Positions 28,380-37,956 of a stretch of DNA of 62,149 nucleotides are shown in pieces; positions within the stretch are counted from its first letter, which is position 1, and the number at the start of each line of letters is the position of its first letter. The stretch spans positions 1 through 62,149 of the forward strand of contig JBCNVD010000014.1 in NCBI GenBank assembly GCA_039630345.1, written 5' to 3'. Under the pieces are notes generated by a model, which saw only the letters and a program-made list of their open reading frames with translations, made no database searches and was not told the origin of the DNA. Made by a program: the position numbers and the translations under genes. Source of the DNA: Aquificaceae bacterium. GTDB lineage: Bacteria; Aquificota; Aquificia; Aquificales; Aquificaceae.

Positions 28380-28927
28380 TGAAGACGATCAAGAAGATAA
28401 AGATAGTGATAGCAGGACCTTTTTCGGCAGGTAAGACCCAGTTTATAAATACGGTCAGTGAGATAAAAACCGTTAAAACAGAACGCAAAACCAGAGCTGA
28501 AGGAGAAAAAGCTGTTAAAGAGCACACTACCGTGGCTATGGACTTTGGGAAGATAAGAATAGACGACGAGCATGAGCTTTATCTGTTTGGAACACCCGGG
28601 CAATCCAGGTTTGACTTTATGTGGGAAATCCTTGGAGAGGGAGCTTTAGGAATAATAGTTTTAGTCGATAGCACAGACCCTTCGACATTCCACGAGGCGA
28701 CCAGAATAATAAACTACTTCCAGTCAAGATACTCAGTTCCTATGGTGGTTGGGGCGAACAAACAGGACCTACCTAACGCCTGGAGTCCAAGAGATGTAGC
28801 TACAGCTCTTAACATCTCTGAGAGCGAAAATATTCCAGTTGTGCCGGTCTCTGCCATTGACAAAGAGATGGTTAAGGAAACTCTAATTAGACTTCTTGAG
28901 CTCATAAGAGACGAGCTTGTTTCTTAA
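28379..28927 (+). CDS. Small Ras-like GTPase (MglA/CvnD-like)
   Basis: G1 GPFSAGKT, TTVAMDFG, G3 GTPGQ.RF, G4 ANKQD, G5 SAI. Confidence 0.92.
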   Translation: MKTIKKIKIVIAGPFSAGKTQFINTVSEIKTVKTERKTRAEGEKAVKEHTTVAMDFGKIRIDDEHELYLFGTPGQSRFDFMWEILGEGALGIIVLVDSTDPSTFHEATRIINYFQSRYSVPMVVGANKQDLPNAWSPRDVATALNISESENIPVVPVSAIDKEMVKETLIRLLELIRDELVS

Positions 28928-29943
28928 ATAAACCTACCGGGAAGTTCTAAAGAGGTCGTTTCTTCTATGTTAAACATGATATTCATATTTTGCACTGCCT
29001 GCAAAGAAGCGCCTTTACCAAGGTTATCTATAACAGCTATAACCTGAGTTATCCGGGTTTTTTCATCAAAAAAAGGATAAATAACGCATATATTTGTATC
29101 AATAACTTCACTTATTTCGGGAGGTCTGCTTATAACTTTAACAAAAGGCTCGTTTTTGTAAAAGTCTTTAAATAGCTCAAAAGGGTTTTGCAAATTTAAT
29201 CTCAGGTAAACTTTTACCATCATACCGCGTGATATTGGTATGACCTGCGGAGTGAATCGCAGATTAATCTCACGGCCCGAAAGAGATTTTGCAATTAGCT
29301 CGATTTCAGGTCTATGTCTATGCCATAGAACCGAATAGGCAAAGGCGTTTGAATAGATTTCAGGGAAGTGAAAGCTCTGCTTTGGGGTTCTGCCTGCGCC
29401 TGAGATTCCAGAGAGGGCATCTACGATAATAGGTTCAGAGTCTATTAAATTCAGCAAAGGGGCAAGGGCTAATAAAGTCGCGGTTGGATAGCATCCCGGG
29501 TTTGCAACCAGTTTGGCAGCTTTGAGCTCTCTTCTAAAGAGCTCTGAAAGACCATAGACGGACATCTCAAGAAGGTCTGGAAAACTGTGGGAAAAGCCGT
29601 AAAACTCAGGGTAAAGAGATGGGTCTTTCAAGCGATAAGCACCTGAGAGGTCGATGACTCTAACGCCTGAGGCAATTAGCTTAGGCACCAAATCAAGAGA
29701 AACTTCGTGAGGGGTGCATAAAAATGCAACGTCAAAGCTCTCACTTGGGGAATCGGTTAGGATAAACTCAGCCAGCGAAGAGTTTCTAAAAGGGGCAAAA
29801 ACCTCCCCAAAGGTTTTACCCTTATGAGAAGAAGAGACCAAAGATGCTATCTTTACAAAAGGATGTTTAATTAAAGCAGAGATCAAAACCCCGCCAGTGT
29901 AGCCAGTTGGACCAAATATGCAAACCTTTATCTTTTGCTCCAC
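28924..29943 (-). CDS. argC: N-acetyl-gamma-glutamyl-phosphate reductase
   Basis: GPTGYTG, IDLSGAYRL, ANPGCYPT, SGISGAG, HRHRPEI, IDNLGKGAS.QAVQN. Confidence 0.97.
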   Translation of the reverse strand: MEQKIKVCIFGPTGYTGGVLISALIKHPFVKIASLVSSSHKGKTFGEVFAPFRNSSLAEFILTDSPSESFDVAFLCTPHEVSLDLVPKLIASGVRVIDLSGAYRLKDPSLYPEFYGFSHSFPDLLEMSVYGLSELFRRELKAAKLVANPGCYPTATLLALAPLLNLIDSEPIIVDALSGISGAGRTPKQSFHFPEIYSNAFAYSVLWHRHRPEIELIAKSLSGREINLRFTPQVIPISRGMMVKVYLRLNLQNPFELFKDFYKNEPFVKVISRPPEISEVIDTNICVIYPFFDEKTRITQVIAVIDNLGKGASLQAVQNMNIMFNIEETTSLELPGRFI

Positions 29944-30362
29944 CTGTATGCCTTTCTTGCTTTCATAAGACCGTATTTCTTGCGCTCTTTCTTTCTGGAA
30001 TCTCTTTTTAAAAGGCCTGCGCGCTTTAGCATTGGTTTAAGGTCTTGGTTGTATCTAACCAGAGCTCTTGCAATCCCGTGCATGATTGCCTGTGCCTGAC
30101 CTGAGATGCCCCCACCCTGAACAGTTGCAAAGACGCCAAACCTATCCTCAAGCCCGGAGAGCTTTAAAGGATATAGAGCAAGCTGAGAAAGAGTCTGCCT
30201 TTGCAGGTATTCTTCAAGGCTGTATTCTTTGCCAGTTGATTGACTGCGAACTATATGAGATTTTAAATCCCTAACAAGCCACACTCTGGCTATGCTCTCT
30301 TTTCTCCTGCCTGTTGCGTAATAAGAGTTATCAAACCCAAGGCGAAAACTTTTGAGCTTCAT
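29928..30362 (-). CDS. rpsI: 30S ribosomal protein S9
   Basis: TGRRKESIARV, GGGISGQA, ERKKYGL.KARK...WSKR. Confidence 0.98.
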   Translation of the reverse strand: MKLKSFRLGFDNSYYATGRRKESIARVWLVRDLKSHIVRSQSTGKEYSLEEYLQRQTLSQLALYPLKLSGLEDRFGVFATVQGGGISGQAQAIMHGIARALVRYNQDLKPMLKRAGLLKRDSRKKERKKYGLMKARKAYRWSKR

Positions 30363-30793
30363 AGCTTTACCTCCAGAGGAGTTGGCTGCTGAGCCTGATG
30401 GGGATGGTCACTACCTGCATACACCTTTAATCTCGAGAGCATTCTTCTGCCGATTCTATTTTTTGGAAGCATTCTCTTGACAGCAAGCTCAAAAACGCGC
30501 TCTGGCGAGCGCTCAAGCATCCAGGACAGACTCCTTTGCTTCAATCCCCCAGGGTAATTGGTATGAAAGCTATATATCTTCTGCTCAGGCTTTTTCCCGG
30601 TTACTGAAACCTTCGAGGCATTTATGGCAATAACAAAATCCCCACAATCGACATCAGGCTGATAATAGGGTTTATGCTTTCCCATCAGGACTTTTGCAAC
30701 AGCGCTTGCGGCTCTTCCAAGCACCAAACCCTCAAGGTCCAAAATCCACCATTGCCTAACAACATCCTCTATTCTAAGATGATAGCTCTTCAT
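30359..30793 (-). CDS. rplM: 50S ribosomal protein L13
   Basis: LGRAAS, GKHKPYY.PDVDCGDFV, HTNYPGGLK, RMLPKN, HPHQAQQP. Confidence 0.98.
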   Translation of the reverse strand: MKSYHLRIEDVVRQWWILDLEGLVLGRAASAVAKVLMGKHKPYYQPDVDCGDFVIAINASKVSVTGKKPEQKIYSFHTNYPGGLKQRSLSWMLERSPERVFELAVKRMLPKNRIGRRMLSRLKVYAGSDHPHQAQQPTPLEVKL

Positions 30794-30801
30794 AAGGGTC
30801 T

Positions 30802-31254
30802 TTATTTTAACACAAAATCGCGCCCCTGAAGGGGCGCAAAAGCTTGCATTTTAGGACCCCCTTCCATCCACCCCTCTGGAAAATACCAGTCTTTTAAAGA
30901 CCTATAGCCACAACTTAGAAGAACTTTTCCAAGCCTTGTTTCTTCTGGCTTTTTACCCCTATCTAGCTCAAAGGTAGTTTCTCTATCCAGTATATATTCG
31001 ACAAATATCCAGCTAAAAGATAGCAAAGACCTATAGAGAGAGCTCTCGATGCCAAATCCGAAGAATTTACCCTTTATGTTAAAGATCTCTGCCCAGGGTT
31101 TTAGGTATTTTCCCCTTCCGTAGAAAACTTTCAAACCAAGAGAGCAATCATTGCCAGAGAGGCTGAAATTCTCCTCTTCAATAAATCTGCCCTTGCCTAT
31201 GAAGCTCATACTAAAGCCGCAGACCGAAAGCGAACTTATGAGCTCTTCTCTCAC
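30802..31254 (-). CDS. DUF1122-like protein
   Basis: GRF.EE, GRG..PWAEIF, FVEY..D.ET, TRLG, KDWYFPEGWMEGGPK. GTG at 31254 preferred over 31290, which would overlap sucC. Confidence 0.7.
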   Translation of the reverse strand: MREELISSLSVCGFSMSFIGKGRFIEEENFSLSGNDCSLGLKVFYGRGKYLKPWAEIFNIKGKFFGFGIESSLYRSLLSFSWIFVEYILDRETTFELDRGKKPEETRLGKVLLSCGYRSLKDWYFPEGWMEGGPKMQAFAPLQGRDFVLK

Positions 31255-31278
31255 TAAAATAATGATAAAATCCTTTGA

Positions 31279-32433
31279 ATGCTTCTTCATGAATATCAGG
31301 CAAAGGAGATTCTAAAGAGCGCTGGCTTGCCAGTGCCAGAGGGCGTTGTTATTTCATCTCCTGAAGAGCTACCATCGGCTGTTAAAACCCTTGGGGAATT
31401 TCCCCTGGTTGTAAAGGCCCAGGTTCATTGCGGGGCAAGGGGCAAGGCAGGCGGGGTTAAGGTAGTAAAAACGCAGGAGGAGCTAAACTCAAAGGCTTTA
31501 GAATTGCTTGGCAAAACTCTCATAACCCCTCAATGTCCAAATGGAAAACCGGTTAATAAACTCCTAATAGAAAAAGCCTCCAAAATAGAGCGTGAGATTT
31601 ACCTCTCAGTAAGCACAGACAGAGAGCTCTCAAAAGAGGTCATAATAGCAAGCGCCGAAGGTGGGATGGAAGTAGAAGAACTCTTAAAAGAACGCCCCGA
31701 AGCTATAATAAAAGTCCACCTGGATGTTTGCTCTGACATACAAGATTTCCAGATAAGATACCTTGCAGAAAGGCTAAATCTTGATTTTAAAAAAATAAAG
31801 CCGATAATTAAAAAGCTCTTAAAGATTTACAGAGACTTTGATCTAAGTCTTCTTGAAATTAATCCATTGATTCAGGATCAGGAAGGGAACTTGGTGCTTC
31901 TGGATGCAAAGCTGGAAGTTGATGATAATGCACTCTTTCGCCAGCAAGAGCTTTTAAAACTCGAAGACCAGAGTCAGCTTGAACCTCTGGAAGTGAGAGC
32001 AAAAGCGGAAAAACTAAACTATGTTAAACTCTCTGGCAATGTTGGATGTATGGTTAATGGCGCAGGACTTGCAATGACAACAATGGATGCAATAAAGCTG
32101 GCGGGAGCAAGCCCTGCAAACTTTTTAGATGTTGGAGGCGGAGCAAGCAAAGAGCAAATATCAAGCGCTTTCAAGATTCTTACCTCAGACCCTGATGTTA
32201 AGGTCATTTTCGTTAACATCTTTGGCGGAATCTTAAGATGCGACAGACTGGCAGAAGGCTTAATAAGCGCTCTTAAAGAGTTAGATGTAAAGCTGCCCGT
32301 GGTTGTGAGAATGGAAGGCACAAATGTAGAAGAGGGCAAAAGGATGCTCTTAGAGTCTGGTTTTGAGTTTATAACGGTTGATGATATGATGGAAGGGGCA
32401 AGGAGGTGTGCCCAGATTGCATCAGGTAGATGA
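31279..32433 (+). CDS. sucC: Succinyl-CoA ligase beta subunit
   Basis: LHEYQAKE, KAQVHCGARGKAGGVK, EINPL, DDNALFR, GCMVNGAGLAMTTMD, ANFLDVGGGA, NIFGGILRCD. Confidence 0.95.
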   Translation: MLLHEYQAKEILKSAGLPVPEGVVISSPEELPSAVKTLGEFPLVVKAQVHCGARGKAGGVKVVKTQEELNSKALELLGKTLITPQCPNGKPVNKLLIEKASKIEREIYLSVSTDRELSKEVIIASAEGGMEVEELLKERPEAIIKVHLDVCSDIQDFQIRYLAERLNLDFKKIKPIIKKLLKIYRDFDLSLLEINPLIQDQEGNLVLLDAKLEVDDNALFRQQELLKLEDQSQLEPLEVRAKAEKLNYVKLSGNVGCMVNGAGLAMTTMDAIKLAGASPANFLDVGGGASKEQISSAFKILTSDPDVKVIFVNIFGGILRCDRLAEGLISALKELDVKLPVVVRMEGTNVEEGKRMLLESGFEFITVDDMMEGARRCAQIASGR

Positions 32434-32701
32434 AAACAGCGCAAGGGAGTTTTTAAAAAGTCTCGGATACAGAGGGTTTTATGTCTGGAGCGACCCTCCC
32501 GGGACATTTTATAACTGGCATAGTCACAAGTTTGACGAGGTTAGATTTGTCTTAAAAGGAACCGTAACCATAAAGACAAAAACCGACACTTACAATTTAA
32601 AAGCAGGCGACTTTGTGGAAATAAAAGCCGGCACTTTGCATCTTGCAAGCACTTCTGAAGGCGTTACCTATCTCTGTGGTCATAAAGAGAGCGCCTTATA
32701 G
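32408..32701 (+). CDS. Cupin domain protein
   Basis: WSDPPG...WHSHKFDEVRFVLKG...GD...I.AG.LH cupin motifs; exact start uncertain. Confidence 0.8.
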   Translation: MPRLHQVDENSAREFLKSLGYRGFYVWSDPPGTFYNWHSHKFDEVRFVLKGTVTIKTKTDTYNLKAGDFVEIKAGTLHLASTSEGVTYLCGHKESAL

Positions 32702-33524
32702 AGCTACTCTCTTGGAGAAATTTTAAGAGCTCTGTGTGTGCATCGTTTTTAATAAGGTCTTTAAAAGAGCTCAAAGTGGATATTAACAGATCAAGGCCTT
32801 TTATAAGATTGTCGCGATTATAAAAAAATATATCCCGCCACATAATTGGGTCTGATGCGGCAATTCTGGTAGAGTCTAAAAAACCACTGCCTGAATATCT
32901 AAAGAGCTCTCTATCCTTTAAAAGAGACATCGCGCAGGATGTTAAGGCAAAACAAACAGCGTGCGGAAGGTGCGAAAGAGTTCCAAATATAAAGTCGTGA
33001 AGATAAGGGTCCATAACTTCAGCTCTTGCACCCAGGCTTTCCCAAAGTTTTTGGATAGCTCTCAAGGCCATAGGGTCTGTGTTTTCTGTAGGGGTTAGAA
33101 TAACCAGCTTATTTAGAAAGAGGTTTCTATCTGCGTTTGAAATGCCTGAGCGCTCTGTGCCTGCTATTGGGTGAGCCCCCACGAACCTTTTTCCAAAAAT
33201 TCTTTCCATAGAGCTTACAAACTCACCTTTGACACTGCAAACATCACTGACTATTGCGTTTTCTGAAATGGAATTTAAAACTACTGGCGCAATCTCGATA
33301 GCAGCGCTTAAAGGGGTTGAGATAATCACGCACTCGGGGTTAAAGCTGGCAAGGTCTGAGATATGAGTAGAACCAGCATCTATAGCACCGATTTCGATGG
33401 CTTTTTTAAGAGAGCTTTGAGATATGTCAAGACCGAAAATCTCAATGCCTAAATTTCTCCTTAGAGAAAGCGCAAAAGAGCCACCTATTAAACCAACGCC
33501 AAGGACGGCAATTTTTTTAAACAT
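32664..33524 (-). CDS. tyrA: Prephenate/arogenate dehydrogenase
   Basis: ATG 33524 gives MFKKIAVLGVGLIGGS; DVCSVK, HPIAGTE, HD....LSHLPH, TRIAASDP.MWRDIF. Confidence 0.95.
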   Translation of the reverse strand: MFKKIAVLGVGLIGGSFALSLRRNLGIEIFGLDISQSSLKKAIEIGAIDAGSTHISDLASFNPECVIISTPLSAAIEIAPVVLNSISENAIVSDVCSVKGEFVSSMERIFGKRFVGAHPIAGTERSGISNADRNLFLNKLVILTPTENTDPMALRAIQKLWESLGARAEVMDPYLHDFIFGTLSHLPHAVCFALTSCAMSLLKDRELFRYSGSGFLDSTRIAASDPIMWRDIFFYNRDNLIKGLDLLISTLSSFKDLIKNDAHTELLKFLQESSSIRRSLYDHRDR

Positions 33525-34791
33525 CGCTATAGACGACTCTTCCCTCAAATATCGTAAGGACGACTTTCCCTTTGAGGGTTTTGCCCCAGAGAGGGGTGTT
33601 TTTTGACTTTGAAAAGCTGGTGGATTCATTTAAAACCCAGGTGTAGTTTGGGTCAAAGACGGTGATGTTTGCTTTTGCACCGACTTTTAAAGATGGCTGG
33701 TCTTTAAGTCCAAGTATCCTTGAAGGAGCCAGGCTAAGGAGCTCTACAAGTCTTATCAAAGAGATATATCCCTCCTCGACGAGTCTAAGAGAGAGAGGCA
33801 AAGCAAGCTGTAGCCCTATCATGCCAGGCATTGCACTATCAAGGCGAGATTTTTCCCATGTTGCATGAGGGGCATGATCTGTAGCGATGCAATCAATTAT
33901 CCCTGCGCGAAGCGCGCTTAAGAGAAGTTCTCTATCCTTTTCGCCCCTTAGTGGAGGGTTGACCTTTGCATCTGCGCCTGACTTTAGGAGTTCTTCCTCG
34001 CTAAAGAAGAGATGATATGGGTTTATCTCACAGCTAATGGGGGCTCCCTTTGACTTGAAAAATTCGATAATTTCGACGCTTAAGGGGCTTGAGATGTGCT
34101 GAATGTGGAGCTTCCCGCCAGTATATAAAGATAGGATGCAGTCTCTTGCTACTAGTATGTCTTCTGCAGATTTGGGTCTTGGATAGAGCCCAAGGAGAGA
34201 ACTCACTTTACCAAGGTTTATAGAGCCTGTTGCTATTTTGCTATCTTCGCAGTGGTTCATAACAAGAAGGTCAAGTTGAGAGGCGCGCCTAAGAGCAAGC
34301 TCCATCAGCTTCGAGTCCATCAGCGGCGCGCCGTCATCAGTCAGGGCAAGACATCCGGCTTCTTTCAGGGCAAAAAAGTCAGTTAGCTCACTTCCCTTTC
34401 TGCCAACAGTTAGAGCTCCAGATGGGATAACCTTGCAAAGCCCTATTGATTTTGCCCTGTGGATTATATATTTTGCGACCTCGGGGGAATCCACAGGGGG
34501 ATTGGTATTTGGCATTGAAACAACCAAGGTAAAACCCCCCGCGACTGCGCATTTGCTCCCTGAGCCTATGTCCTCTTTATATTCCTGACCGGGCTCTCTT
34601 AGGTGGGTATGCAAATCAATAAAAGACGGGCAAGCTACCATACCTTTAGCGTCTATCTCCAGAGCTTCCATCTCAAACAGGCTTTGACCGATTGCTTTTA
34701 TTTTGCCCTTATCTATTAAAATGTCCTGAACGCTATCGAGGTTTTGAGAAGGGTCTATCACTCTTGCGCCCCTTATTACAATTCGGGACAT
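33517..34791 (-). CDS. pyrC: Dihydroorotase
   Basis: DLHTHLREPG, MPNTNP, KVNPPLR, IATDHAPH, SKSKNTP. Confidence 0.96.
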   Translation of the reverse strand: MSRIVIRGARVIDPSQNLDSVQDILIDKGKIKAIGQSLFEMEALEIDAKGMVACPSFIDLHTHLREPGQEYKEDIGSGSKCAVAGGFTLVVSMPNTNPPVDSPEVAKYIIHRAKSIGLCKVIPSGALTVGRKGSELTDFFALKEAGCLALTDDGAPLMDSKLMELALRRASQLDLLVMNHCEDSKIATGSINLGKVSSLLGLYPRPKSAEDILVARDCILSLYTGGKLHIQHISSPLSVEIIEFFKSKGAPISCEINPYHLFFSEEELLKSGADAKVNPPLRGEKDRELLLSALRAGIIDCIATDHAPHATWEKSRLDSAMPGMIGLQLALPLSLRLVEEGYISLIRLVELLSLAPSRILGLKDQPSLKVGAKANITVFDPNYTWVLNESTSFSKSKNTPLWGKTLKGKVVLTIFEGRVVYSDV

Positions 34792-34805
34792 AAAAAGATT
34801 ATAGG

Positions 34806-35735
34806 CTATTTAAAAAAGGCGACTTTACAACCCTGAGTGGATAGACGCTTATTAAGTTCTTTTGTTATAGCGTCAATGACAAGGTTTTTATACTTAGAGG
34901 TGCAATAATAAGGAGCGACAAGCCTATCTGGTTCTACTTCGCCTGTTAGGCGATGGATTATCATCTCAGGTGGCAGGATTTCAATAACGCTTGCAACTAG
35001 ATTTACATAATCTTCCAGCTCCAGGGGCTTAAAAGCCCCAACATTATATAGCTTTTCAAGGGGGGTATTTTTAATTACATGGATTGGGTGGATTTTTATG
35101 CCGTCCAGTTTAAGGGCCGAGATTAACTTTGCGGTCTCTATCATATCTTCCTGATCCTCTCCGGGAAGACCCAGGATAATGTGGGCGCAGAGCTTTATAT
35201 CGTATTTTTTTGCTCTCAAAACCGCATCTACAAAGTCAGAAACGCCATGAGCTCTGTTAATTTTGCGAAGCGTGGAGAAATTTGCGCTCTGAAGACCCAG
35301 TTCTAACCAAACTTCATAACCCATTTTGGAATATCCTGAAATTAAATCAAGAGCTCTGTCAGAGACACAGTCAGGGCGGGTAGAAATATCCAGTCCTACG
35401 ACCCTTTCAAAGCCCGTTGCAATATCAAGGGCTCTTTTTAGCTCATTAAGGTCAATATAGGTGTTTGAATAAGATTGAAAATACACAAAAAACAGAGTGT
35501 TTTGACCAAAGCGCTCGCTATAGCGCTCTATTTGAGAGCTTATCTGCTTCTCAAGACTTAAAGAAGGATCCACACTCATTGGGCGACTGCCAATTGAGCA
35601 ATATATGCAACCACCTACAGATTTAGTGCCATCTATGTTTGGACATGTCGTTGCCAGAGAAACTGTGAGTTTTTGCACTCTTGTGCCGTATTTTTGCTTA
35701 AGGTAGTCCTTAAGTGCGTTGTAAGTGGCTGTCAT
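34806..35735 (-). CDS. TIGR01212/YhcC-like radical SAM protein
   Basis: TCPNIDG....GGCIYC, YFQSYSNTY, TRPDC, ELGLQS, INRAH, HIILGLP, HRLTG; ATG at 35735 preferred. Confidence 0.9.
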   Translation of the reverse strand: MTATYNALKDYLKQKYGTRVQKLTVSLATTCPNIDGTKSVGGCIYCSIGSRPMSVDPSLSLEKQISSQIERYSERFGQNTLFFVYFQSYSNTYIDLNELKRALDIATGFERVVGLDISTRPDCVSDRALDLISGYSKMGYEVWLELGLQSANFSTLRKINRAHGVSDFVDAVLRAKKYDIKLCAHIILGLPGEDQEDMIETAKLISALKLDGIKIHPIHVIKNTPLEKLYNVGAFKPLELEDYVNLVASVIEILPPEMIIHRLTGEVEPDRLVAPYYCTSKYKNLVIDAITKELNKRLSTQGCKVAFFK

Positions 35736-35745
35736 TAAGCTCAAT

Positions 35746-36159
35746 TTATAACCTTTCGTTGAGATTTGGCAAAGAGCCACACATAAGGATATGTGCCTGG
35801 ATTATAAGGTCGCGAATAACCGCTGGCGAAAGCAGGCTTTTTGAAGGGTCAATAATTTCAAGCATGATGAGCTTCAGGTCTTTATATTCAAATCGGGCTT
35901 TTTCCAAAAGGTCAATACTATCCTGGGCAAAACCACAGGGGCTTAAATCAGAATTTATAAAACCAAGAGAGCTAACTCCAACGACTCTGTCATTTGAATA
36001 AAGGACCAAAACACCAAAAGAGTCCTTTGGGATTTCATCAGCGCTTAGCTCTCTTGCTCTTAGAAACTGTTCGCCCTTTAAGCCACAGAAGCTTTTCAAA
36101 AAATCGTTAAGACAATTTACAAACCTGCTGTCTTGAAAAAACTCAAAGCATTTCTCCAT
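35746..36159 (-). CDS. Hypothetical protein
   Basis: 137-aa ORF with SD GGGAGG filling the gap between aspS and the radical SAM gene; no recognised motif. Confidence 0.65.
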   Translation of the reverse strand: MEKCFEFFQDSRFVNCLNDFLKSFCGLKGEQFLRARELSADEIPKDSFGVLVLYSNDRVVGVSSLGFINSDLSPCGFAQDSIDLLEKARFEYKDLKLIMLEIIDPSKSLLSPAVIRDLIIQAHILMCGSLPNLNERL

Positions 36160-36185
36160 AGCTTTTCCTCCCTTTTAATAATATT

Positions 36186-37934
36186 TTACAGGGCAAGTTT
36201 TATATAAAGTTCTTTCATGTGAGAAGGGTTTATATCTCCAGGTGCATTAGTTAAAGGACATATTCCTTTTTGTGTCTTTGGAAAGGCAATAACATCTCTT
36301 ATAGAGTCAAAACCAAGCATTATGGCGCAAAGTCTATCCAGTCCAAGGGCTATACCCCCATGAGGAGGAGCTCCAAAAGACAGAGCGTCAAGCAAAAATC
36401 CAAACTTTTCGCTGTATTCTTCTTCTTTCATACCCAGAGTCTTAAACATTTGCTCCTGAATTTCACGCCTGTGGATTCTTATAGAACCCCCGCCAACTTC
36501 ATAACCATTCAGGACTATGTCATAAGCCCTTGCTTTTATATTTAGAAGTTTTTCACCTTCAGAACCAAGAAGGTGGATATCCGACTCTTTTGGTGAGGTA
36601 AAGGGGTGATGCAACGCTACAAACCTATTTTGAGAGCTATCAAACTCAAGTAGCGGAAAGTCAACAACCCATAAAATATCAAAGCCTTCGGCTTTTAGTT
36701 TGAGTTCTTTAATCAGGTAAGACCTGAGAGCTCCCATAACTTTTATGGCAAGGTCTTTTTCTCCCGCAAAGATAAGGATGGTGTCTCCATCTTTTAAATC
36801 CAGGGCTTTTGAGATATCATCAGCATGCTCTTTGGTTAAAAATCTGGCTATTGGGGAGTTTAGCTTTTGCCCTTCTTTTTTTATCCATGCAAGACCCGGA
36901 GAGCCAAGAGACTTTGCAAACTCCACAAGCCTATCAAGCTCAGAGCGCGAAAGACTCCTCCTGACATTCAAAGCCCTTATAACGCCCCCCTCGTTGATGG
37001 CTTTTTCAAAAACTTGCAGGTTGGTATCTTTTAAAATTTCGGTGATATCAACTATTTCAAGACCGTAGCGCCTATCTGGTTTGTCGCTCCCGTATTTTAA
37101 AAGGGCATCTTCGTAGGATATTCTGTCAAAAGGTCGCTTCAGTTCAATACCCAAAAGCTCGTAAAAAGCGGAAGATAGCATGCGCTCTGTAAGGTCAATG
37201 ATGTCCTCTTCTTCTACAAATGACATTTCAATGTCTATCTGGGTAAATTCAGGCTGGCGGTCTGCTCTTAAATCCTCGTCTCTTAAGCACCTTGCAAACT
37301 GAAAATAGCGGTCAAACCCTGCAATCATAAGGGTCTGTTTAAATAGCTGTGGAGATTGTGCAAGGGCGTAAAACTTCCCGGGGTTTAACCTCGAAGGCAC
37401 CACAAAGTCCCTTGCACCTTCCGGGGTTGAGCGAGTAAGCAAGGGGGTCTCTATCTCAATAAAACCTTCACTTACTAGAAAGTTTCTTATACTTTGCGAG
37501 AGTTTATGCCTGAAAATAAGGGCTTTTTTAGTGCTTTCGCGTCTTAGATCAAGGTATCTAAATCTCAGTCTAAGCTCTTCGGAAACTGACGAAGAGTCCT
37601 CAATCTGAAACGGAAGACTCTCAGATTTATTCAGTATCTCAAGGCTTTCCACCAGGAGCTCTATGTCGCCTGTTTTGAGTCTGGGGTTTTGGGTTCCCTC
37701 AGGGCGCTTGCGAATATGTCCGCTGACGCAAATTACATATTCAGAACGCAGAAGTTTAGCCAGCTCATAGAGCTCTGTGTTTTTTGTCTCCTCGACTACA
37801 CATTGCAAAATACCGTCTCTGTCTCTTAAGTCTATGAAGATAACGCCTCCGTGGTCTCTGAGTTTTTGCACCCAGCCACATATTTTCACCTTGCCACTAT
37901 CCAAAGAGAGCAAGGAGGTATATGAGCGCTTCAC
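36186..37934 (-). CDS. aspS: Aspartate--tRNA ligase (probably non-discriminating)
   Basis: RDHGGVIFIDLRD, RYLDLRR, TPEGARDF, QSPQLFKQ, RDEDLRADRQPEFTQ, GAPPHGG. Confidence 0.98.
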   Translation of the reverse strand: MKRSYTSLLSLDSGKVKICGWVQKLRDHGGVIFIDLRDRDGILQCVVEETKNTELYELAKLLRSEYVICVSGHIRKRPEGTQNPRLKTGDIELLVESLEILNKSESLPFQIEDSSSVSEELRLRFRYLDLRRESTKKALIFRHKLSQSIRNFLVSEGFIEIETPLLTRSTPEGARDFVVPSRLNPGKFYALAQSPQLFKQTLMIAGFDRYFQFARCLRDEDLRADRQPEFTQIDIEMSFVEEEDIIDLTERMLSSAFYELLGIELKRPFDRISYEDALLKYGSDKPDRRYGLEIVDITEILKDTNLQVFEKAINEGGVIRALNVRRSLSRSELDRLVEFAKSLGSPGLAWIKKEGQKLNSPIARFLTKEHADDISKALDLKDGDTILIFAGEKDLAIKVMGALRSYLIKELKLKAEGFDILWVVDFPLLEFDSSQNRFVALHHPFTSPKESDIHLLGSEGEKLLNIKARAYDIVLNGYEVGGGSIRIHRREIQEQMFKTLGMKEEEYSEKFGFLLDALSFGAPPHGGIALGLDRLCAIMLGFDSIRDVIAFPKTQKGICPLTNAPGDINPSHMKELYIKLAL

Positions 37935-37956
37935 TCAGTTATATTAACATCTCTTA

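Noticed and set aside
31279..32433. Possible citryl-CoA synthetase large subunit instead of SucC
   Set aside because: It carries the canonical SucC motifs (GCMVNGAGLAMxTMD, NIFGGIxRCD) at SucC length. A phylogeny would be needed to exclude the alternative fully.
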